A stretch of DNA of 64,000 nt from Malacoraja senta (Eukaryota). Below the pieces are notes generated by a model. The model did not search any database. It saw nothing but the letters and a program-made list of their open reading frames with translations, and was not told the DNA's origin. Made by a program: the position numbers and the translations under genes. The stretch lies in NCBI GenBank assembly GCA_038087875.1, contig CM075996.1, positions 498,001 through 562,000 of the forward strand, written 5' to 3'. Position 1 is the stretch's first letter; each line of letters starts with the position of its first letter. Of the stretch, positions 26,047-40,555 are shown one piece after another.

Positions 26047-27299
26047 ATATATACACACCTCCCCCTCCCTCCCTCCTCCTCACCAATCTTTGCACATCCC
26101 CAATCCTTTCCACTCGTCACTTTAATTTCACGTATCATGTATCTTGTGTTTTACGACTGTTGGCAGATCAATTTCCCTCCTGGGATAAATAAAATTCTAT
26201 CGTAACGTATCGTATCGTGGATAGGCACACATGAAAAGCAAACAAACAAAAAATAATAGTGCAAAAAGACACAACCAATACCCCCCAAGTCTAGCTGGTT
26301 CAGGAGCTTATTGAAGGCTGTAGTGTTTAATAGACTAATGGCTGCAGGGAAGAAGCTGTTCCTGAACCTGGACGTTACAGTTTTCAGGCTGCTGCTATAC
26401 CTTCTTCCCGATGGCAGGGGTGAAATGAGAGAGTGGTCAGGGTGGTGTGGATTCACCGAATCCTCGCTAACCAGCAATCACCCGTACACCCGTTCTATTC
26501 TACACACCAGGGACAATTTACAGAGGCCAACTAACCGACAAACCTGTACGTCTTTGGCGTGTGGGAGGAAACCGGAGCACCCGGGAGAAAACCCAACGCA
26601 GGTCACGGATTCAAGGTTTCAAGGTCAGTTTATTGTCACATGTATCAATCAAGGTACCGTGAAATTCGAATTACCGCGCAGCCATACTACAAAAAAAGCA
26701 ACAAGATACACAAGGACATAAAAGTTAACATAAACATCCACGGGGAGAATGTTCAAACTCCGTACAGACAGCACCCATAGCCTGGATCGAACCCGGGTCT
26801 CTGGTGCTGCAAGGCAGCAACTCTACCGCTGCGCTACCATGCTGCCCCACTAGTACTAAACCAAACTAGTTTAGTTTAGTTTGGTTTCGTTTATTATTGG
26901 CAAGTATACCGAGGTATAACGAAAAGCATTTGCTATCCAGTTAGTGGGCAAACTATACATGAATATAATCGACCATCCACTTGTACAGATTTAGGATAAA
27001 GGGAATAACGTTTAGTATAATATAAAGTTCAGTGAAGTCCGATAAACTCTAAGGTCCGGTGGCGCAGTGGTAGAGTTGCTGCCTTACAGCTCCAGGGACC
27101 TGGGTTCGATCCCGACCAGGGGTGCTGTCTGTATAGAGTTTGTACGTTCTCCCCGTGACTGCGTGGGTTTTCCCCGGGTGCTCCGGTTTCCTCCTGCACT
27201 CCAAAGACGTGCAGGTTGTTACGTTGATTTGGCTTTGGTAAAAAGTGTAAATTGTCCTAGTTAAGTACGATAGTGTTAGTATAAGTCAAGAGAGAGTTA

Positions 27300-27825
27300 A
27301 GGGGCCTGTCCCACGAGCATGCGACTGCATGCGGCAAGCGCCACCTAACGTGGTCGCTTGAGCCGTACGGCCTCGCGGGGCCGGTCCCACTTCGATCGCC
27401 GGAGCCGTATGGAGTTGTGCGGAGCTGGACCCGACATCGCGCGGGGGCTCCGAAAAACTGGCTGTTCAAAAATTCTGCGCGCAACGGCCTGCCGGCCCGC
27501 AGCCGCATTGAGGCGTACGCACCGCCTCGACGGGCGTGCGCAGCGTCTTGACGCCGAACGCAGTCTCTTGACGGCGTACGCAGTGTCTTGACGCTGTACG
27601 TCACGTGCGAACTTCCCGCGGACTTCGCTCGAACTTCACGTCAACTCGTACGGGATCACTCGACCTCCGCGCGGCCCCGCTCCGGTTCGGTTTGGTCGTG
27701 CTCGCCGCATGCAGCCGCATGCTGGTGGGACAGGCCTGTACGGGGATCAGTCGACCTCGCGCGGCCCCCGCTTCCGGCTTGGTCGCGCTTGCCGCATGCA
27801 GCCGCATGCTCGTGGGACAGGCCCT
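27300..27825. mobile_element. PIF/Harbinger-type MITE, CpG-rich, with duplicated right arm
   Basis: AGGGGCCTGTCCCACGAGCATGCG...CGCATGCTCGTGGGACAGGCCCT; TTA TSD inside a CR1 tail. Confidence 0.85.
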
Positions 27826-29071
27826 TTAGATTTAGCTCTTAGGGCTAACGGAATCAAGGGATATGAGGAGAAAGCAGGAACGGGGTACTGATTGGGGATG
27901 ATCAGCCATGATCATATTGAATGGCGGTGCTGGCTCGAAGGGTCGAATGGCCTACTCCTGCACCTATTTTCTATGTTTCTATGTATGGGGTGATCGCTGG
28001 TTGGCGTGGACTCGGGGAGGACAACGGGCCTGTTCACGCGCTGTATCTCTAAGCTAAACTAAACTAAAGAGATGCCGAGGGTCTCCAATGCGGAGGAAAC
28101 ACCAAACACATAATTCAGTGACTGCTGTTTAAGAAGGAACTGCAGGTGCTGGAACATCGAAGGTAGACAAAAATGCTGGAGAAACTCAGCGGGTGAGGCA
28201 GCATCTATGGAGCGAAGGAAATAGGCAACGTTTCGGGCCGAAACCCTTCTTCAGTGACTGCTGATAGACACAACCTGCTGGATGGAGTAACTCAGCGGGT
28301 CAGACAGTATCTCTGGACAAAAGGAATAGGTGATGTTTCGGGTCGGGCCCCTCCTTTTGACTGCTTCCTGACTTGGCTGCTGCCCTGGCACAGAGTTATT
28401 GGTGCCCTGCACTGTGCTGCCGTCTGCATGGAATCAACCTGCTCAGCCATTTAATTCCGACTACATGTTATCTCTGTACCGCCCAGTCCCCTGACATCAG
28501 TCTGGGAGAAGGGGCTCGACCCCAAACGCCACCCATTCCTTCTCTCCAGAGACGCTGCCTGTCCCGCTGAGTTACTCCAGCATTTGTATCCACCTTTCAT
28601 GCATGTTATTGGACAGGCACGGGCAAGCTTGGAGAGACGAGTAAATCCAATGCAAGTCTATCCTTTTCCGCAAGTCTATCCTTTTCCGCAGCTTCGGATC
28701 CCTGAACCTCCTCTCTCTCTCTGCCTTCCTGTTGCTGCCCTCCCTGTCTCTCTTTGCCGACCTGTCATGAATACTTTGGCCTCTCCCACCTAGAGTCATA
28801 TGGTCTCACAGCGTGGACCTTCGGCCCACTTGCCCATACTTTGTAACCTTGTCGGCGCTCCTTTACGTGGCCACTCTTTGCATACCTCGTGTACGGTGTG
28901 CAAAAACGCAAAGAATCTCGCCGTGGCGTGTCACCTGTGATAATTAAGTATCATACACCCATTCACCCTCGACTCTTGCCCCAGTGCCCGCAGTGATCAA
29001 GTGGCACGACCCGCCTGCGAAGCTCACCCAGGGGGGTCTCACCTCCCTCTCTGCCCACCTCATGGGGGCAG

Positions 29072-29548
<477 letters not shown>

Positions 29549-30878
29549 GAAACCTGTGCCTGCCTGTATCTGCCTTCCCACCACTGCCTCTCCTGCTGAC
29601 ACACATCAATAGGCACCCAGGCAGGAGGCAGTGTCTGTTTGACCGTCAAGGCTGTCAAGAAGGCTGCAAACATGCAAAGACAATTTATTCTCCATGTACC
29701 AGTTCCACCGGCCTCTCCCATGCTCCAATGAACATCCTTCATATTCGGGGGAAACCAGATAGTAACATTATTATCAGCCCAGATTTATGTAATCCAATAT
29801 CACTGCCTTGTACCTTGATATTAATATCTGCAAAATGAAAAGAGAACGCATACACAATTCTGACTGCTTTTCTTGTACGATGTTGGATTTGCAACAAGGA
29901 GGCTCATAAGTTCATGTTCATAGGTTTGTAGGAGCAGAATGAGGCCGTTCGGCCCATTTCCCACAGGGTTACCCATTCCTTTCTCCAGAGACGCTGCCTG
30001 GTTCCCTGTGTAACTCCAAGCATATTGCATCTACAGCATCACCATCACGCCTCTTTGGAAGGTATCCCACTAACCATAGAGTATAGAAGGATGTGGACCA
30101 GCGGTAGAGTTGCTGCCTCACAGCGCCAGAGACCCGGGTTCGATCCTGAACTACGGGTGCCAACTGTACCGGGTTTTACCTTCGCCCTGTGACTGCGTGG
30201 GTTTTCTCCAGGTGCTCTGGTCTCCACCCACACTCATAAGGTCATAAGTGATAGAAGGAGAATTAGGCCATTTGGCCCATCAAGTCTACTCCGCCATTCA
30301 ATCAGGGCTGATCTATCCTCTCCTTCCTAACCCCAATTCTCCTGCCTTCTCCCCATAACCCCTGACACCCGTACTAATCAAGAATCTATCTATCTCTGCC
30401 TTAAAAATATCCATTGACTTGGCCTCCACAGCCTTTTGTGGCAAAGAATTCCACAGATTCACCACCCGCAGACTACAGAAATTCTTCCTCATCTTGCTAA
30501 AGGGAACGTCCTTTAATTCAGAGGCTGCGACCTCTAGTCCTAGACTCTTCCACTAGTGGAAACATCCTCTCCACATCAACTCTATCCAAGTCTTACAGCC
30601 GAACATCCACTCCAGAGACGTACGGGAACAGGTAAAATCCTAGCATGTGTAGGATAGTGTTAGTGTACGGTGTGATCGCTGGGCAACGCCGACTCGGTGG
30701 GCCAAAGGGCCTGTATCCATACTGTATCTATAAAGTTTATATTCTAGAGCAGTGTTTGTTGTTCAGTAATGTTTGCCCTTCCACTGAATTAGGATTGCTT
30801 CACACACACACACACACTCACACATACACGCACGCACATAAGCACACACACACACACAGAAACATGCACACCTACAGA

Positions 30879-31600
30879 ACTCTCTCCCCCTCCTCTCTCC
30901 CTCTCTCTCCCCCTCTCATTCCCCCTCCTTTCCCCCTCTCTCTCCCTGTCTCCCCCCCCTCTCTCTCCCACTCCCCCCTCTCTCACTCCCTCTCTCTCTC
31001 TCTCTCTCCCCCTCCCTCTCCCTCTCTCTCCCCCTCTCTCTCCCCCTCCTTTCCCCTCTCTCTCCCTGTCTCACCCCCTCTCTCTCCCACTCCCCCTGTC
31101 TCTCCCCCCTCTCCCTCTCTCTCCTTCTCTCTCCCTCCCTCTCTCCCCTTTCTCCCTCTCCTTCCCCTCTCTCTCCCTGTCTCACCCCCTCTCTCTCCCA
31201 CTCCCCCCTCTCTCTCTCTCTCTCTCCCCCTCCCTCTCCCTCCCTCTCCCTCTCCCCTTCTCTCTCCCTCTCTCCCCTTTCTCCCCCTCTCCCTCCCACT
31301 CCCCTCTCTCTCCCTCTCTCTCTACCCCCTCTCTCTCTTTCTCTCCCTCTCTCTCTCCCCTCTCTCCCCCTCTCTCTCCCCCCCTCTCCCTCTCTCCCCT
31401 TCTCTCTCCCTCACTCCCCTTTCTCCCCCTCTCCCTCCCCACTCCCCTCTCTCTCCCTCCCACCCCTCTCTCTCCCTCCCTCTCTCCCTCTCTATCTCCC
31501 CCTCTCTCTCTCTCTGCCCCTCTCTCCCTCTCTCTCCCCCTCTCTCTCTCCCTCCCTCTCTCCCTCCTCTCTCGCCCTCTCTCTCCCTCTTTCACTCTAC
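30879..31600. repeat. Polypyrimidine (CT/CCCT) low-complexity tract
   Basis: About 700 bp almost exclusively C/T on the plus strand. Confidence 0.95.
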
Positions 31601-32139
31601 CTGCACCCTTTTGGCTCCACGGCTCACCTTCAGCCTCGGTTACTACCTGTGCCCTTCTGTCCCCGACCTGACTCACTGCCCCCCAACCCCCTCCTCACCC
31701 ACATCCACCCATCACTTGCCAGCTCTTGCTCCACTCCCCCATCCCCACCCCGTCCCCTCTCCTCCATCCACCAGCTGTCTGGTGTGACGGCACGGATGAG
31801 TTTTTTTCCGTTTCAGTTCAGTTTATTGTCACATGTACCAAGGTACAGTGAACAGCTTTTGTTGCTGCTATCCAGCCAGCAGAAAGACAATACATGATTA
31901 CAATCGAGCCATTGACAGTGCACAGATACATGATAAGGGAATAACGTTTAGTGCTAGGTAAAGCCAGCAAAGTCCGATCAAGGATAGTCCGAGGGTCACC
32001 AAAGAGGTAGAAAGTAGTTCAGCACTGCTCTCTGGATGTGGTAGGATGGTTCAGTTGCCTGATAACAGCTGGGGAAGAAAACTGCCCCTGAATCTGGGAG
32101 GTGTGCGTTTTCCCACTTCTGTACCTCTTGCCCGATGGG

Positions 32140-32339
32140 NNNNNNNNNNNNNNNNNNNNNNNNNNNNNNNNNNNNNNNNNNNNNNNNNNNNNNNNNNNNN
32201 NNNNNNNNNNNNNNNNNNNNNNNNNNNNNNNNNNNNNNNNNNNNNNNNNNNNNNNNNNNNNNNNNNNNNNNNNNNNNNNNNNNNNNNNNNNNNNNNNNNN
32301 NNNNNNNNNNNNNNNNNNNNNNNNNNNNNNNNNNNNNNN
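32140..32339. other. Assembly gap (200 N)
   Basis: Run of N. Confidence 1.
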
Positions 32340-33185
32340 ATGCCAAGACCAACAGTTATCTGCCTGCACATAATCCATATCCCTCGCTTCTCTGCAGATA
32401 CACTTGCAGATCCAAAAGGCTCTTATATGTCACTTGGATATCAGGAGAGTCATTGAAGATAGACACAAAATGCTGGAGTAACTCAGCGGGACTGGCAGTA
32501 TCTCTGGAGAAAAATGATGGGTGACGTTTTGGGATGGGACCCGTCTCCAGACTCTTCAGATTGCAGATGGTTGGAGATGCGCAAATCATCCACGGTTTTC
32601 AAGATGGCAAAGAAAACGGACAATTGGCTGACCCTGTATTTAATTATTATACTGGAGGATTTTACTCTGTGCATCCCACTCCATGGGAACATTGAAGAAA
32701 CAAGGAACTGCAGAGGCTGGTTTACACAAAAGGACACAAAGTTCTCGTCCAACTTTTGGCCATCCACCTGACGAAGAGGCCCGACCTGAAATATCACCTA
32801 TCCGCATTCTCCGGAGAAGCTGCCTGACCCGCTGAGTTACTCCGGCACTTTGTGTCCTTTTTGTTTGGTAGACAGGCATCTGCAGTTCCTTGTTCTTCCA
32901 AAATGTTGGAATAGTCATCTATTGATACCAAAGGGAAGGGGGAAGGTTTCAGCAGCAGACTGGATGTGGTGGGGAGCATCTAGTCAAAGCAATATGAATA
33001 TCAATGTACAGATTTACCAAAAACAGGGGACTGTAAAAATCTTAGCAGTCTCGTCCAGATGGTGAAGAAGAGAAACATCCATACTTGGCTGGTCGTACTG
33101 TCTTAGAGACACGGAGTGATACAGCGTGGAAACAGGCCCTTCAGCCCAACTTGCCCCACACCGGCCAACATGTCCCAGCTACATG

Positions 33186-33520
33186 TGTAGGTAGGAACTG
33201 CAGATGCTGGTTTAAACCGAAGATAGACACAAAAGCTGGAGTAACTCAGCGGGTCAGGCAGCATCTCTGGAGAGAAGGAATGGGTGACGTTTCGGGTCGA
33301 GACCCTTCTTCAGACTAGTCAGGGGAATGGGAAACTAGAGAAATAGATGGTGATGTAGAGAGATGTAGAACAGATGAATGAAAGATATGCAAAAAAACAA
33401 CGATGGTAAAGGAAACAGGCCATTGTTGGCGGTTTGCTAGGTGAGAACGGGAAGCTGGTGCACCTTGGGTGGGGGATGGATGGAGAGGGAGTGTAGGGGT
33501 TACTTGAAGTTAGAGAAATC
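33186..33520 (-). mobile_element. Penelope 3' end with pLTR and hammerhead core
   Basis: Minus strand begins GATTTCTCTAACTTCAAGTAA (DFSNFK*, matching the end of the 15631-16536 ORF) and continues into CTGAAGAAGGGTCTCGACCCGAAACGTC at 33313-33286. Confidence 0.85.
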
Positions 33521-36500
33521 CAGCTACACTAGTCCCACCTGCCTGCGTTTGGCCCATATCCCTCCAAACCTGCCGTATCCATGCACCTGTCTAACTGTTT
33601 CTTAAGAAGGGTATCGGCCCGAAACGTTGCCTATTTCCTTCGCTCCATAGATGCTGCCTCACCCGCTGAGTTTCTCCAGCACTTTTGTCTACCTAACTGT
33701 TTCTTAAACGTTGGGATAGTCCCTGCCTCAACTACCTCCTCTGGCAGCTTGTTCCATGCACCCCCACCACCCTTTGTGGTGAAATGATGAGAGGATTTGA
33801 AATGTAGTGTCGCTTTAAGAGAATATCAGGGAGACTCTGACCAAATCCAACAACCCTTTTCTTTAATACGCAATGAGATCAAAACACCATGGTTGCTAGG
33901 TAATTCTGCAATATGCCCGTCGAAAGAAGAAGAAAAAATGTATACAGGAATCCAGCCTACTCAGACTCTGCTCCAGTCTACCTATTGTAGTTTTTCAAGG
34001 ATTTCTGGTTCAAATGATTTTGCAAGATCCATTAGTGGCACAATGCATTAGAGAGATGTTTCATATATGGGCTGCAATGCAGTGAGTCAGGCACACATGG
34101 ATGAGCAGCAATCCCTGAAATGATTACATGCCTGGCACATAAGCTGGAGATGTCATGTCTCAGATAGATCCCCCTTTTTAACATTAGTACTGTGTTGCAC
34201 GGGTTAGAGTTTAGAATTTTGAGATACTGCGCGGGAACAGGCCCTTCCGCTCACCGATTCCGAGCCGACCAACGGTCCCCGCACACTGTAACACTACCCT
34301 ACTACACACACTCTTGGGAAGAAGGGGTAGGCCATTTAGGACTGAAGATGAGGAAATAAAATCTTCAGTTGTGAATCTGTGGAATTCTCAGCCACAGAAG
34401 GCAGTGGAGGCAGATTCACCGGATGTTTTCAAGAGAGAGTCAGATTTAGCTCTTAAGGCTAAAGGAATCAAAGGATATGTGGAAAAAGCAGGGTACTGAT
34501 TTTAAATCATATGGAATGGCGGTGCTGTCTCGAAGGGCCGAATGGCCTAGTCTTTCACCTATTTTTCTATGTTTCTATGCTTCTAGAAGCAGAGTGTTCA
34601 CTAGGGTGACCCCCGGGCCAAGCTGTCCAAACCCCCCATGACCTGCCACCGCATGGCTGGACCACGGGCTCTCCCTCCAGCTCAGGGTCTGAGTTTAACA
34701 ATGATGAAGATAGGCGCAATGGGGCAGTTGCTTTATACATCAGACTGCTGTTTAACACTGAGCCAGTGACACAGGCTCCCTGCTGCATACCAGATGCTGT
34801 GCTGAGCTTTGATATGCGACATGCCAAAGGACTTGAAACACTGAAAAAATAACATAAACCGTCGGCCTTGCTCTCAGTTTATTTACAACCCGACTCTCTG
34901 CTTTTTTTCCCCTCATTTTTAAATATATATATATATTTTTGGAAAGGCTGTCCGCGTGTGTCCATATTTTCCTGTTGGGAACCCTTCTGAGAGCCTGTCC
35001 CTCTCTGGCACAAGACAGTCACCGTGTATTCAGAAGGACACGATGCTCTCAGATACGACTGATGTTCTTCACACCCCCCCAACATTCACAGGGGAAGCTT
35101 TCATCTCTGGGAGTTGTGAGTCTGTGGAATTCTCTGCCTCAGAGGGCAGTGGAGGCCGGTTCTCTGGATACTTTCAAGAGAGAGCTAGATAGGGCTCTTA
35201 AAGATAGCGGAGTCAGGGGAGAAGGCAGGAACAGGGTACTGATTGGGGATGATCAGCCATGATCACATTGAATGGCGGTGCTGGCTCGAAGGGCCGAATG
35301 GCCTACTCCTGCACCTATTGTCTATTGTCTATTGAGATGGGGGGAGGAGAAGGTGGGGGGGGCGGTTAGCTGCAACAACATCTTCTGGATTCTCTTCTCG
35401 ATGTTGAAACAGACCCTTTGGCCCACCGAGTCCACGCCGACCAGCGATCCCCGCACATTAACGCCACCCTACACCCACTGGGTACAATGTCAGATTTATA
35501 ACCAAGCCCAATTAACCTACAAACCTGCACGTCTCCGGAGTGTGGGAGGAAACCGAAGGTCTTGGAGGAAATCCACGCAGGTCACGGGGAGAGCGTACAA
35601 ACTCCGTAGTCAGGATCGAACCCGGGTCTCCGACGCTGCAAGGCAGTAGATCTACCGCTGCGCCACCGTGCCGCCCTTAAAGTGCAGGCGACTTTGTCCA
35701 AGGTGTTTTTTTAAAAACAACCTGTATTTGTCAAACGGTGGATAGTATAGGTGAGGGAGTGGGCGCCTAGAAAATGGAAGTCATTGAAGGGCCTGTGAGG
35801 TGTCTTGGACACAGGTTTAGTAAAGATGACGGATAGGGGGGCATTTGTCCTTTTGCATATCTTTCATCCAGTTGTTCTCTAGACCTTTTTATATCTCTCG
35901 TTTCCCACTCACCCGACTCTCAGTCTGAAGAAGGGTCTCGTCCCAGAACTTCACCTGTTCCTTCTCTCCAGAGATGCTGCCTGAGTTGCTCCAGCATTTT
36001 GTGTCTATCTTCGGTGCAAACCTTCCTTCCTACACTGTATTAATACAACATCTTTTTAAACAGGGTGAAGTATCAAAAAAACAGTCACAGGAGCTATGAT
36101 CAAGGCAAATATGGCATTCTGCGTACCTGGGTTCCATAAGCGCTTTCTCAAACTCGATGTGTCTTATAGTTCCTCACAATAACGGGACACTGTTGGTGTG
36201 TAGCCACTGTTGTAATGCAGCAAATATGGCAGCTGATGAATACATTGCAGGCTCCCACCACAACAATGTGATAGAGACCAAATAATCCGTTTTATATGCT
36301 GAGAGATTAATATGCAGGAGACAATGGAAAATGGCCAACTCTTATAGTCATAGAATTTATTTGGAGGGGGCTAGTTTAGAGAGGTGGGCGGAACGGTGGC
36401 GCAGCGGTAGAGTTGCGGCCTCACAGCGCCAGGGACCCGAGTTCGATCCTGACTCTCTGTTCAGAGTAAGTACGTTCTCTCCGTGACTGCGTGGGTTTTC

Positions 36501-39011
36501 TCCGGGCGCTCCGGTTTCCTCCCACACGCCAAAGAAGTGAAAAATTGTATATATATTGGTTTCCTCCCACGCTCCAAAGACGTGCAGGTTTGTAGATTCA
36601 TTTGGCTTGGAAAAATTGTAAATTTGTCCCTGGCGTGTGTAGGATTGTGTTAGTGTGCGGGGATCGCTGGTCGGCGCGGACTCGGTGGGCCGAAGGGCCT
36701 GTTTCCGCTCTGTATCTCTTGACTAGACTGAAGACTAGAATATACAAACAGGGATGTAATGCTGACACGGTATAAGGCACTGGTTGGTCAGACCGTATTC
36801 AGAGTATTGTGACATGACATTCATGAGAGGAGAAAGATTTAACTCCCAAGACGTGCGGGTTTGTAGGTTATTAGGTTATTCTGTAAAATTGGCCCCAGAG
36901 TGTAAGATAGAACTAGTGTACGGGTGATCTGGGTCTGCACGGACTCGGTGGGCCGAAGGGCCTGTTTCCATGCTGTATTTCCAAACTGAAAACTAATGAC
37001 AGAGCCAGGAAGCGAGCGGGCAAGATCATCTCTGACCCCTCTCACCCTGGCCACAAACTCTTTGAATCACTTCCCTCTGGAAGGCGACTCCGGATTGTCA
37101 AAGCTGCCACAGCCAGACATAAAAACTGTTTTTATCCACGAGTAGTTGCTCTACTCAACAGCCAGAAATCTGTAGCCTCCCTTTGATCTGGTATTTTGTT
37201 CACATGCTTGATCAATGGTATTTTATCATGAATGTTTTATTATTATTAATGTTTAGTGTTTTCTGAGTCATTCGTAACTGTCACTGTATGTCATGTTGTT
37301 ACTTGTGGGCGGAGCACCAAGGCAAATTCCTTGTATGTGAATACTTGGCCAATAAACTTACTTACTTACTTACTTAATTGCTCCCAGTTTAAATATTTAA
37401 CTTAGCATAGAGAAAGGGTTGTCCCTAGTGTTGAGCGGTACCTGATCGTTACTAGAGGTGCTGTATGTGAATGTAATTGTGAAATAGGTTTACAAGGTTA
37501 ATTCCCGGGATGGCGGGACTGTCATAAGCTGAGAGAATGGAGCGGCTGGGCTTGTACACTTTGGAGTTTAGAAGGATGAGATGGGGATCTTATTGAAACA
37601 TATAAGATTGTTAAGGGTTTGGACACGCCAGAGGCAGGAAACATGTTCCCGATGTTGGTTCAAAATGTCCAGAACCAGGGGCCACAGTTCAAGAATAAGG
37701 GGTAAGCCATTTAGAATGGAGACGAGGAAACACTTTTTCTCACAGAGAGTTGTGAGTCTGTGGAATTCTCTGCCTCAGAGGGCGGTGGAGGCCGGTTCTC
37801 TGGATGCTTTCAAGAGAGAGCTAGATAGGGCTCTTAAAAATTGCGGAGTCAGGGGATACGGGGAGAAGGCAGGAACGGGGTACTGATTGGGGATGATCAG
37901 CCATGATCACATTGAATGGCGGTGCTGGCTCGAAGGGCCGAATGGCCTCCTCACTGCACCTATTGTCTATTGTCTATTGAAGTCCTGATGCAGCTCTATA
38001 GGACATTGGTTTGGCCACATGTGCAGTATTGGATGCAGTTCTGGTCACCCCATTGCAGGACGTAGAAGCTTTAGAGACTGGAGAGGGGGTTTACCAGAAT
38101 GCTGCCTGGATTAGAGGGTTTCAGCTGCAGAGAGAGGTTGGATAGACTTGGACTGTTTTGGCTGGAGCGTAGGGGGTTGAGGGGATACGATTGAAGTATA
38201 TAACATTATGTGAGGCATAGATAGGGGTAGACAGTCAGAACCTTTCCCCCAGGGTGGAAATGTCCAACACTAGGGGGCGTAGCTATAAGTCTAGTTTAGT
38301 TTTGAGATACAGCGCGGAAACAGGCCCTTCGGCCCACCGGGCCCGTGCCGACCAGCGATTCCTGCACAGTAACACTACCGGGGACACTTTTTACATTTAC
38401 CGAGCCAATTAACCTACAAACCTGTACGTCTTTGGAGCGTGGGAGGAAACCGGAGATCTTGTGGAATACTCGCGCGGTCACGGGGAGAGCGTACAAACTC
38501 CGTGCAGACGGCGCCCGTAGTCGGGATCGAAGCCGGGTCTCCGGGCAAGCGCAGAAAGGCAGCAACTCTACCGCAGCCCTGTTGGAGAGAGGGGGGGAAG
38601 TTTAACGGGGATGTGCGGGACAAGTTTATTTTGGTGGGGGCCTGGAACACACTGCTATGGGTGGTGAAGGAGGCTGATACGATAGTGGTATTTAAGAGGC
38701 TTTTAGATAGGCACATGGATATTCAGGGAATAGAGGGATATGTGATCGTGTACAGGCAGGTGGGATCAATTTAACTTGGCATCATGTTCGGCACAAACAT
38801 TGTGGGCCGAAGGGCCTGTTCCTGTCCTGTACTGTTCTCTGTTCTAGGTTCCAACTGGAGTCAGAGCCAGATGTGTTGGCATCTTGTTGACACGAACCAA
38901 GTCAACAGCAACCAGTGAGGAACATGCACAGTGGGGAAGAGGAGGAGGCCTGAAGGTTTTTGTAGCTTTTGCTAAAATTGACTGTCTGCAGCAGTTTACA
39001 TTGGTTCATTG

Positions 39012-39456
39012 TTATCATGGCTTCCCATTTCCCACCGGATCACCTACAAAATCCTGGTCCTCACCTACAAAGCCCTCAACAACTTGGCCCCCCCTTATCT
39101 CATTGACCTCCTCTCCCCCTACCAACCCTCACGGTCCCTCAGATCCACACCAGCTGGTCTCCTCTCCACTCCGAAATCAAACCTCTGCACTTTTGGAGGC
39201 AGAGCCTTCTCCAGGGCAGCTCCCAGGCTCTGGAATTCCCTCCCACAACTGGTCCGAAATTCTGAGTCCCTCACCATCTTCCAGTCCCGCCTCAAGACCC
39301 ATCTCTTCACCTCTGCATACCCTTAGTCCCATGTTCCCCTCCCCTCTGTCTTACTGCTCTATTTTGTTTTGTTTATTCCTGACTATCAATTGTAAAGCGA
39401 CTTTGAGTCCTGAAAAGCGCTATATAAATAAAATCTATTATTATTATTATTATTAT
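39012..39456 (+). mobile_element. L2 LINE 3' fragment
   Basis: WLPISHRITYKILVLTYKALNNLAPPYL...SRSLRS...GGRAFSRAAPRLWNSLP...FQSRLKTHLF; (TAT)n tail. Confidence 0.9.
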
Positions 39457-40555
39457 GTGTAGTGAGGTACAGTGAAAAGCTTTTCTGATGTCTGCTATCC
39501 AGTCAACACAAAGACTGCATGAATACAATCGAGCCTTCCACTGTGTGTATAGATAGATAAAGCATATAACCTTTTGTGTGCAGGTAAAGTCCCATTAAGT
39601 CCGATTAAATATTGTTCCAAGGTCTCCAATGAGGTAGATGGTAGGTCAGGACCGCTCTCTGGTTGTGGTAGGATGGTTCAGTTGCCTGATAACAGCTGGG
39701 AAGAAACGGTCCCTGAATCTGGAGGTGTGCGTTTTCACACTCCTGTACCTCTTGCCTGATGGGAGAGGGGAGAAGAGGGAGTGACCGGGGGTGAGACTGG
39801 GGCATTGATGATGCTGCTGGCCTTGCCGAGGCAGAGTGAGGTGGAGATGGAGTTTGTGGAAGGTAGCTTGGTTTATAGTCCGGGCTTCATCCACAACACA
39901 GAACTCAGATCTCATCTGTGGAAAGAGGGCAGTTAATATTCAGCCGTGTGGAATGAGACTGGAAGTGATGTCTTCACAGTAAGTCTTTCATACGCCCCGC
40001 ACCTCCACCGCTGCCAAGTCAGATCACAGCCGGCCAAGAATTTCCTGAAGTGTAACCGATGTTATGCTGCGGGAAATGTGGCAGCCAATTTTCGCACAGG
40101 AAGCTCACACCAACAACTGACTTTGATAACAGTTGGATGCATTCATCGCCGTGTGAAGCCTGGGTCAAATTGTGCCACGTACAAAATGTCTGGTAATAAT
40201 CGGGAACCAAGGCAGCTCCATCCTCTTGGTAAGAACAGGAGGGAGAAGCCATCTCTCATTAGGCAGTGGTATTTGCCAGCGATGTGGCAACAGAGCCCAA
40301 AGCGAGTGGCTACAGGTCGGTTAGGGCGGCACGGTGGCGCAGCGGTAGAGTTGCTGCCTCACAGCGCCTGAGACCCGGGTTCGATCCCGACTACAGGTGC
40401 TGTCTGTACGGAGTCTGTACGATCTCCCTGTGACCCACGTGGGTTTTCTCCAGGTGCTCTGGTTTCCTCCCACATCTCCATGGCATGCAGGTTTGTGGGT
40501 TAATTGGCTTCTGTAAATTGTCCCTCGTGTGTAGGATAGGGCTATTGCGCGGCTA

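Noticed and set aside
28652..28690. 18-bp direct repeat GCAAGTCTATCCTTTTCC x2
   Set aside because: Simple slippage duplication; no spacer array, so not CRISPR-like.
30645..31787. 380-aa Pro/Ser/Leu ORF
   Set aside because: Artefact of the polypyrimidine tract.
34946..34960. REST/RE1 half-site GGCTGTCC near a neuronal gene
   Set aside because: The second half-site is missing.
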